A DNA stretch of 6,218 bases. Origin: an archaeon. GTDB lineage: Archaea > Iainarchaeota > Iainarchaeia > Iainarchaeales > CSSED10-239. Position numbers and translations under genes: made by a program. This document shows, piece after piece, positions 1 to 4,145 of this stretch. The notes under the pieces were generated by a model, which ran no database searches, was not told the origin of the DNA, and worked only from the letters and a program-made list of their open reading frames with translations. The stretch's first letter is position 1. Each line of letters starts with the position of its first letter. The stretch spans positions 1 to 6,218 of the forward strand of contig JBAYPN010000033.1 of assembly GCA_041677685.1 (NCBI GenBank). Reading direction: 5' to 3'.

Positions 1-1
1 A

Positions 2-700
2 GGTTATCCTTTGATAAATATAACACAAACTGAATCAATAGCAGCTTGTGAAAGTATTGGCGGTCATCTAATAACCAACAACGAATGGATGACCCTTGCA
101 AGAAACATAGAACAAGTTCCAAGTAACTGGTCAAGTGGAACAATTGGAGAAGGTCATATTTATTCAGGACACAATGATAGTAAACCATATAATGCTTTAG
201 AAGCCTCAATTGATACAAATGGTTATGCAGGAACTGGTCAAACATCAGGACCTCAAAGAAGAACCTTAACTTTAACTAATGGAGAGGTAATTTGGGACTT
301 AGCTGGGAATGTTTGGGAATGGACTGATGATAATATTACTTTAGAAGACCAGCCTGATGGCTTTTATGATGTGGATGATAGTTCTTATTTTGGTTATGTA
401 CTTTTTGATTATTCAAAAGGTGGGGGTGCTGGACGATATATAACTTCAAGTAATTTAGGAAATACTACTTTAAAATATAAAGATTTGTTTTTATTAACAA
501 GTGGTAATTATAATGCAGGTAATAATGGTGTTGGAAGGGTGTTTACATATAGTAATGACAACTCAACTTCATCAAGAGTTTTTCTGCGGGGCGGTGCTTG
601 GAACGAGAGCTCTACTTCCGGGCTCTTGGCTCTGCTTTTGAGCCATTCCTCGGCGCGCCTGAGCAGCAGCATCGGCCTTCGCTGTGCAGTAGTTCCTTAA
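2..700 (+). CDS. FGE-sulfatase (SUMF1-like) / C-type-lectin-fold domain protein, C-terminal part. The 5' end lies outside the window. Candidate DGR variable protein.
   Basis: The frame stays open to the window edge (ggt tat cct precede the TTG at 11), so the listed start at 11 is probably an artefact. Motifs typical of the FGE-sulfatase fold: CESIGGHLITNNEW, DLAGNVWEWT, RGGAW, and a terminal IGLRCA followed by a stop 5 codons later (TAA 698-700). Confidence 0.8.
   Translation, partial: GYPLINITQTESIAACESIGGHLITNNEWMTLARNIEQVPSNWSSGTIGEGHIYSGHNDSKPYNALEASIDTNGYAGTGQTSGPQRRTLTLTNGEVIWDLAGNVWEWTDDNITLEDQPDGFYDVDDSSYFGYVLFDYSKGGGAGRYITSSNLGNTTLKYKDLFLLTSGNYNAGNNGVGRVFTYSNDNSTSSRVFLRGGAWNESSTSGLLALLLSHSSARLSSSIGLRCAVVP
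584..697 (+). other. Compositionally aberrant 3' block of the CLec/FGE gene. Candidate DGR variable region (VR) with a GC-rich 3' end (IMH-like position).
   Basis: Hand count: 71/114 G+C (62%) and 13/114 A (11%), against about 41/114 A (36%) in 470-583 of the same ORF. Arg codons change from aga (for example around 250) to cgg/cgc. 10 of the 23 codons between W (599-601) and IGLRC are NNC. The block covers the RGGAW...IGLRCA segment at the extreme C-terminus. Confidence 0.45.
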
Positions 701-725
701 AAATATATTTCAAAAATATAATATT

Positions 726-756
726 TTATCGGGTTATCGGCTATCGGCAAATCGGG
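726..756. repeat. Four ATCGG-containing units at 7-8 bp spacing (ttatcggg / ttatcgg / ctatcgg / caaatcggg)
   Basis: ATCGG occurs at 728-732, 736-740, 743-747 and 751-755. It is followed immediately by the 8-bp palindrome AGACGTCT at 761-768. Confidence 0.7.
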
Positions 757-813
757 AAACAGACGTCTATTTTGTGAAAAGTGATTGAGTAGGATGCGAG
801 CAATGAGCAAAAA

Positions 814-821
814 TTTTTTTT
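814..821 (+). terminator. T8 tract, a possible archaeal oligo-T terminator for the plus-strand CLec/FGE gene
   Basis: It is the longest T run downstream of the stop at 700. Archaeal RNA polymerase terminates at oligo-T tracts. Confidence 0.3.
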
Positions 822-824
822 CGT

Positions 825-846
825 CCGCCTTTCGAGAGAAAGGCGG
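825..846 (+). other. GC-rich stem-loop 1: 9-bp perfect stem with a GAGA tetraloop
   Basis: CCGCCTTTC (825-833), GAGA (834-837), GAAAGGCGG (838-846). All 9 pairs are Watson-Crick. Confidence 0.6.
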
Positions 847-853
847 CTCAAGC

Positions 854-889
854 CAAATTTTTCGGCCCCGAGAGGGGCCGGGAAATTTG
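854..889 (+). other. GC-rich stem-loop 2: 16-bp stem with a GAGA tetraloop
   Basis: CAAATTTTTCGGCCCC (854-869), GAGA (870-873), GGGGCCGGGAAATTTG (874-889). There are 14 Watson-Crick pairs plus two T-G pairs (861/882, 862/881). Those two pair as G-U only if the plus strand is the RNA. On the minus strand they would be C-A mismatches. An alternative small hairpin, ATTTGC-tgcc-GCAAAT (885-900), overlaps the 3' arm. Confidence 0.6.
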
Positions 890-953
890 CTGCCGCAAAT
901 AACAATCCTTTTGAAAGTAACTTTTATTAATTTAATATAATTATATTCTTATT

Positions 954-1745
954 TTAAAATATTGAAGAATATATTTTTTTTATTTCTTTAATATTTAATT
1001 GCTTTACTTTTTTTTTAAGTAATTCTTCTGGAACTTTAATAGCATCTATTTTTGAAAAAAGTGTTGGTTGGTTTTTAATAATTAGTTTTATTGCATTAAG
1101 AAGATCTTTATTTGAGTACCTAAATAGATTTTTTACAAATTCTTTATAGGTGCTGTCAATCTTAGCACCATTAGGTGCAATCTCTATAATTGCAGAGTCA
1201 ACTTTTGGTACTGGATAAAAAGAACCTTTCTTAATCTTAGAAACATATTTAATTTCACTATAACTTTGTGCAATAACAGTTGTCCCCACATAATTTTCAA
1301 AGCCCTCACATGCCACAAGCTTTTCTGCAAATTCTTTTTGAACAACTAAGACTGCTTTTTTTGTGCCTATTATCTTTTCAATTATTTCTTGAGATATTGA
1401 GTAAGGAATAAGCCCAACAATCTTATCAAATTTTAAATTATTTAGGTCAACTTTTAGAAAATCAGCGCTTATAATTTCTAATCGGCTATCAACTATTTCC
1501 TTTTCTAAAATATCAATTAATTTTTTATCTTTTTCAATAGCAATTACTTTTTTTGCCTTTTCAAGAAGATGTTTAGTAAGATGTCCAGTTCCTGGTCCTA
1601 TCTCAAGAACAGTTTCTGTGTGTTTAATATCTAAAAGCTCTATGATTCTGTCAATAATGTTTTTATTAATTATAAAGTTTTGATCAAACTTATGGTCAGG
1701 TCTAAACCCATATTTTAGCATTAAACAATATAGTTCTTTTTGCAT
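954..1745 (-). CDS. ksgA: 16S/18S rRNA (adenine-N6,N6)-dimethyltransferase, KsgA/Dim1/RsmA family
   Basis: N-terminal FDQNFIINKNIIDRI followed by the SAM-binding motif VLEIGPGTGHLT and IAIEKD. Its length (263 aa) and its position after DUF655 fit the conserved archaeal cluster. Confidence 0.9.
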   Translation of the reverse strand: MQKELYCLMLKYGFRPDHKFDQNFIINKNIIDRIIELLDIKHTETVLEIGPGTGHLTKHLLEKAKKVIAIEKDKKLIDILEKEIVDSRLEIISADFLKVDLNNLKFDKIVGLIPYSISQEIIEKIIGTKKAVLVVQKEFAEKLVACEGFENYVGTTVIAQSYSEIKYVSKIKKGSFYPVPKVDSAIIEIAPNGAKIDSTYKEFVKNLFRYSNKDLLNAIKLIIKNQPTLFSKIDAIKVPEELLKKKVKQLNIKEIKKIYSSIF

Positions 1746-1797
1746 TTTAAAATTCCTATCAATTATTTATTTTTAAAGAAAGATAAAAAGGTTTTGT

Positions 1798-2322
1798 TTA
1801 GAATTTTTTAAAATAAGGTGTTGTAAACAAGTTATATTTAATATCATCAACATCTTCAATCTCTGCAATTATTCTTCCAACAACTATCTTTATTGGGTCA
1901 GGCATCATCTCAATAGCCCTAATTTCTTCAAAGGACTTAAATGGTCCTTTCTTTTTTAGGTGTTCTAATATTGCCATTCTATGTTTCTTTCCAATCATTG
2001 GAAGTAAATCTAGTTGATGTCTTCTAAGGCCAATAGGTTTTGCTGTATTAAAGAAGTTTATAAACTTTTCAGGATCTTTAATAACAATTGTTTCTATTGC
2101 TTTTTCAAGTTCTTTTTTTGCAGTTGTTGTAAGTTTGTTGTATGTTATTCTTTTAATTATTTTATTTTCAGTTATGATAATATCCATGATCTTTACTGGG
2201 TCATCACTAATTATTTCTAAAAGTGAGAAGTTAGAGGTACCAATAGCGTGAATTATGTTTGTGTGTTTAAACTTAATTTCTTTTTTAGTTTTATCTAAAA
2301 CTATTGCTTCCTTCTTAAACAT
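1798..2322 (-). CDS. DUF655 / COG1491 family protein (predicted OB-fold plus helix-hairpin-helix nucleic-acid-binding protein)
   Basis: The C-terminal RRHQLDLLPMIGKKHRMAILEHLKKKGPFKSFEEI resembles the LeLLPGIGkK...F.SFedi HhH signature of this family. It sits between rpoF and ksgA, as in many archaea. Confidence 0.75.
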   Translation of the reverse strand: MFKKEAIVLDKTKKEIKFKHTNIIHAIGTSNFSLLEIISDDPVKIMDIIITENKIIKRITYNKLTTTAKKELEKAIETIVIKDPEKFINFFNTAKPIGLRRHQLDLLPMIGKKHRMAILEHLKKKGPFKSFEEIRAIEMMPDPIKIVVGRIIAEIEDVDDIKYNLFTTPYFKKF

Positions 2323-2327
2323 ATTCT

Positions 2328-2654
2328 CTATTCTTTTTTATATTTGTTTATAACTTCTAAGATCTTTGGTTTATCTTCTTCATTATAATTTTTTTCTTTT
2401 TCAAGTATTAGATCAAGCTCAACTGAGTTTGGTGTGATGTCAGTCAATTTAGTTGCAAGTTCGTCTGACAAATTAAATTGTTCTTTTAGTGTGTTTTTTA
2501 ATTTTTCTGAATTTGCAGGTGTGATGTTTACAAATGTTTTTGCATGTTCTAAAGCTTGCTTTTGTTCAAAATTTAATTCTTTAGTTTTTGCTTTTTCAGT
2601 TAATATCTTTTTAATTTCTAAAAGAGTAACATCTTCTACGTATTCACTTTTCAT
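2328..2654 (-). CDS. rpoF: DNA-directed RNA polymerase subunit Rpo4/F (Rpb4 homologue)
   Basis: 108-aa acidic/lysine-rich helical protein (LLEIKKILTE..., NFEQKQALEHAKTF, LATKLTDITPNSVELDLIL). It lies directly downstream of rpl21e with an ATGA stop/start overlap at 2651-2654. A GGTGG Shine-Dalgarno-like motif sits 9 nt upstream of the ATG. Confidence 0.8.
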   Translation of the reverse strand: MKSEYVEDVTLLEIKKILTEKAKTKELNFEQKQALEHAKTFVNITPANSEKLKNTLKEQFNLSDELATKLTDITPNSVELDLILEKEKNYNEEDKPKILEVINKYKKE

Positions 2655-2965
2655 TTCTTTCCACCTTTCTGTATTTGTTTTAAAGGTTTTAGATGAACTT
2701 TATGAGTTATTGTTTGTTTAGTCATGTTAATGTCTTTTAATTCAACAACAGGCGCCTTTCCTTGGAACCTAATAACTTTTCCAGTCTTTCCTTGAAATCT
2801 TTTTGGAGGAAGTCCTTCATGTTTAGAACTATTAATATTAATTTGAACAACATCTCCAACTTTTACAGGTTTAATAATTTCATTAACTGTTGTTTTGTCG
2901 CCTACTCTTCTACGAAATAAGCTTCTTGTTTTTGCTCTTTTTCCTTTTGCTTTTTTATTTGTCAT
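2651..2965 (-). CDS. rpl21e: 50S ribosomal protein L21e (eL21)
   Basis: GKRAKTRSLFRR ... VGDVVQININSSKHEGLPPKRFQGKTGKV matches the eL21 signature (basic N-terminus, GD.V.I, G(M/L)P...(Y/F).GKTG.V). Length is 104 aa. Confidence 0.9.
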   Translation of the reverse strand: MTNKKAKGKRAKTRSLFRRRVGDKTTVNEIIKPVKVGDVVQININSSKHEGLPPKRFQGKTGKVIRFQGKAPVVELKDINMTKQTITHKVHLKPLKQIQKGGKK

Positions 2966-2991
2966 TTTAATTACCTTTTTTAATTTTTTTA

Positions 2992-3029
2992 CTCAAGATT
3001 ATTATTTAAGCTCAAGATTATTATTTAAG
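2992..3029. repeat. Perfect 19-bp tandem direct repeat x2 (ctcaagattattatttaag)
   Basis: 2992-3010 and 3011-3029 are identical, and the next 2 nt (ct) begin a third unit. It lies in the divergent rpl21e/tbp intergenic region. Confidence 0.9.
3002..3009 (-). promoter_or_regulatory. Candidate TATA box (TTAAATAA on the minus strand) for the rpl21e-rpoF-DUF655-ksgA operon
   Basis: The TATA start lies 44 nt upstream of the rpl21e ATG (2965). That predicts a TSS near 2979 and a leader of about 14 nt containing AGGT. The element is duplicated at 3021-3028 by the 19-bp repeat. Confidence 0.3.
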
Positions 3030-3161
3030 CTACACTAATAAATAACAAAATCTTTTATATAAATATTATATGTATAGATATCCTTTAAAAATGTTAGTTT
3101 AGATTTTTAGTAGGATCTTACTTTTTAAAAATTATTTCCTTTATAAGCTTTTTAAACCCCT

Positions 3162-3169
3162 TTTATAAA
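3162..3169 (+). promoter_or_regulatory. Candidate TATA box TTTATAAA for tbp
   Basis: It is the same octamer found upstream of the 5S gene and aglB. It predicts a TSS near 3192 and a leader of about 38 nt carrying GGGTGG (3218-3224 region) before the ATG at 3230. It forms an 8-bp inverted repeat with CTTTATAA at 3139-3146. Confidence 0.35.
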
Positions 3170-3229
3170 GATTTTGTTTTAATATTATATATTAATAACA
3201 TTTCTTTAAATATAAGTGGGTGGTTATAA

Positions 3230-3772
3230 ATGAGCTACAAAATCGTTAATCTTGTGGCATCAAGTAGTCTTGGCACAACATTAGATCTATATAATTTGGC
3301 AGCAGCAATTCCTGATATAGAATATGAGCCAGAACAATTTCCTGGTGCAATTTTTAAATTAAAAGAACCAAAAGTTTCTTTATTGTTATTTAAAAACGGA
3401 AAGATAATTATTTCTGGTGCTGCATCTGAAAATGATATTAAAGCAGGTATTAAGAAAGCAACAAAATTAATAAGTGAAATTCAAAAAGAAGTTAAAGTAA
3501 AAAATAATTTTGCATATGATATTGTAAATTTAGTTGCAACCTCTTCACTTGGTAAAACTGTTGACTTATTCCAAGCTGCAGTAACTCTTGATGATATTGA
3601 GTATGAGCCAGAACAATTTCCTGGTGCGATAATTAGATTATATTCTCCAAAAGTAACACTATTGTTATTTAAGAACGGAAAATTAATCTGTGCTGGTGCA
3701 AAAAATGAAAACGATATTAAAAAGAGTATTTTAAAAGTAAAGAAATTATTAAAGGACTTAAAAGAAGTATAG
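3230..3772 (+). CDS. tbp: TATA-box-binding protein (TBP)
   Basis: Two tandem TBP repeats (residues 3-84 and 96-177), each with IVNLVA(S/T)SSLG ... IEYEPEQFPGAI ... LLLFKNGK. Length is 180 aa, typical of archaeal TBP. Confidence 0.95.
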   Translation: MSYKIVNLVASSSLGTTLDLYNLAAAIPDIEYEPEQFPGAIFKLKEPKVSLLLFKNGKIIISGAASENDIKAGIKKATKLISEIQKEVKVKNNFAYDIVNLVATSSLGKTVDLFQAAVTLDDIEYEPEQFPGAIIRLYSPKVTLLLFKNGKLICAGAKNENDIKKSILKVKKLLKDLKEV

Positions 3773-3812
3773 TTCTTTTTTCTTTTTATTTTTGTTTTCT
3801 TTTTTTATCTTC
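3773..3812 (+). terminator. T-rich tract downstream of tbp (multiple oligo-T runs), a probable archaeal terminator
   Basis: T6 at 3776-3781, T5 at 3783-3787, T5 at 3789-3793, T4 at 3795-3798 and T7 at 3800-3806, immediately after the TAG at 3770-3772. Confidence 0.5.
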
Positions 3813-3844
3813 TAAGCATTTCTAGTTTTTCTTCAAACAATCTA

Positions 3845-3852
3845 TTTATAAA
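3845..3852 (+). promoter_or_regulatory. TATA box TTTATAAA of the 5S rRNA gene
   Basis: It occupies -30 to -23 relative to the predicted mature/primary 5' end of the 5S gene at 3875. This is canonical archaeal TATA-to-TSS spacing. Confidence 0.55.
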
Positions 3853-3874
3853 CTTTACCTGCCATAATTATTTT

Positions 3875-3990
3875 GTTAGCGGCCATAGGGATAGAGAAAC
3901 ACCTGGACCCTTTTCGAACCCAGAAGTTAAGTATATTTCCGTGATTGCTTGCTGTTAGCTTCTGCTAGCTGCGACTTTTTAGCTGCTAAC
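3875..3990 (+). rRNA. rrf: 5S ribosomal RNA (divergent, AT-rich, stand-alone)
   Basis: GCGGCCATAGGG...ACACCTGGACCCTTTTCGAACCCAGAAGTTAAG matches the universal 5S core (GCGGCCATAG, CCGAACCC, GAAGTTAAG). The ends form helix I: GTTAGCGGC (3875-3883) pairs with GCTGCTAAC (3982-3990), 9 bp with one G-U. The distal hairpin GCTGTTAGC-ttct-GCTAGCTGC fits helix IV/V. Length is 116 nt. Confidence 0.85.
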
Positions 3991-3999
3991 TCTAAAATA

Positions 4000-4013
4000 T
4001 TTTCTTTTTCTTT
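4000..4013 (+). terminator. Oligo-T tract (ttttctttttcttt) downstream of the 5S rRNA gene
   Basis: T4-C-T5-C-T3 begins 10 nt after the 5S 3' end. Confidence 0.45.
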
Positions 4014-4018
4014 AAAAT

Positions 4019-4057
4019 ATTTTTAAAGTATTTTTAAAGTATTTATTTTTTTAAGGT
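4019..4057. repeat. 11-bp tandem repeat atttttaaagt x2 plus a degenerate third unit
   Basis: 4019-4029 and 4030-4040 are identical. 4041-4057 (atttattttttTaaggt) is a degenerate copy. The sequence is low-complexity and AT-rich. Confidence 0.6.
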
Positions 4058-4112
4058 ATTTGTCTCTAGTTTATAGAATTTAAAATTTTAATTGTCTTTT
4101 TAAATATTTTTG

Positions 4113-4120
4113 TTTATAAA
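4113..4120 (+). promoter_or_regulatory. Candidate TATA box TTTATAAA for aglB
   Basis: It is the same octamer as at the 5S promoter. It predicts a TSS near 4143, that is 3 nt before the GTG at 4146 and 12 nt before the ATG at 4155. No Shine-Dalgarno-like motif is present, so the mRNA is likely leaderless or short-leadered. Confidence 0.4.
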
Positions 4121-4145
4121 GTTATAATAGACATTAACATTTATT

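Noticed and set aside
776-812. C/D-box sRNA-like strings (gtgattga ... aatgagc)
   Set aside because: There is no proper RUGAUGA C box, no CUGA D or D' boxes at the required spacing, and no terminal stem.
825-889. Hairpins as bacterial-type rho-independent terminators
   Set aside because: No U-tract follows either hairpin on the plus strand. On the minus strand stem 2 acquires two C-A mismatches, and only a T5 run lies 11 nt past the second hairpin. The host is archaeal, where oligo-T tracts are enough. A terminator role for the convergent ksgA operon cannot be fully excluded.
584-900. GC-rich island as a known structured RNA (tRNA, SRP RNA, RNase P RNA)
   Set aside because: There is no T-loop (GGTTCRANYC) or cloverleaf, and no SRP helix-8 motif. 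In addition, 584-697 is convincingly protein-coding, since the conserved RGGxW...G(F/L)RCA signature is in frame.
794-940. 48-aa plus-strand ORF (MRAMSKNFFSSAFREKGGSSQIFRPREGPG...) spanning the two hairpins
   Set aside because: The coding potential is dictated by the palindromic stems. It crosses a T8 tract, has no Shine-Dalgarno-like motif or recognisable domain, and its tail runs into AT-rich spacer. It is more simply explained as non-coding structure.
701-953. DGR template repeat (TR) located directly downstream of the putative VR
   Set aside because: No segment on either strand of this intergenic region, or anywhere else in the window, aligns with 584-697. If a TR exists, it lies outside the window.
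2014-2220. 68-aa plus-strand ORF
   Set aside because: It lies entirely antisense to the well-supported DUF655 gene. The translation is low-complexity and Phe/Cys/Asn-rich, as expected from an AT-rich shadow frame, and it has no start context.
2434-2721. 95-aa plus-strand ORF
   Set aside because: It is antisense to rpoF and the 3' end of rpl21e. The composition is Phe/Ser/Val-rich shadow-frame sequence with no recognisable domain.
2992-3029. 19-bp direct repeats as a CRISPR array
   Set aside because: There are only two units, directly abutting with no spacers. They are too short and AT-rich, and they sit in a promoter region.
4019-4057. 11-bp tandem repeat as a functional element
   Set aside because: It is a low-complexity A/T sequence of the kind produced by slippage in AT-rich intergenic DNA, and the third unit is already degenerate. 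It is recorded as a repeat only.
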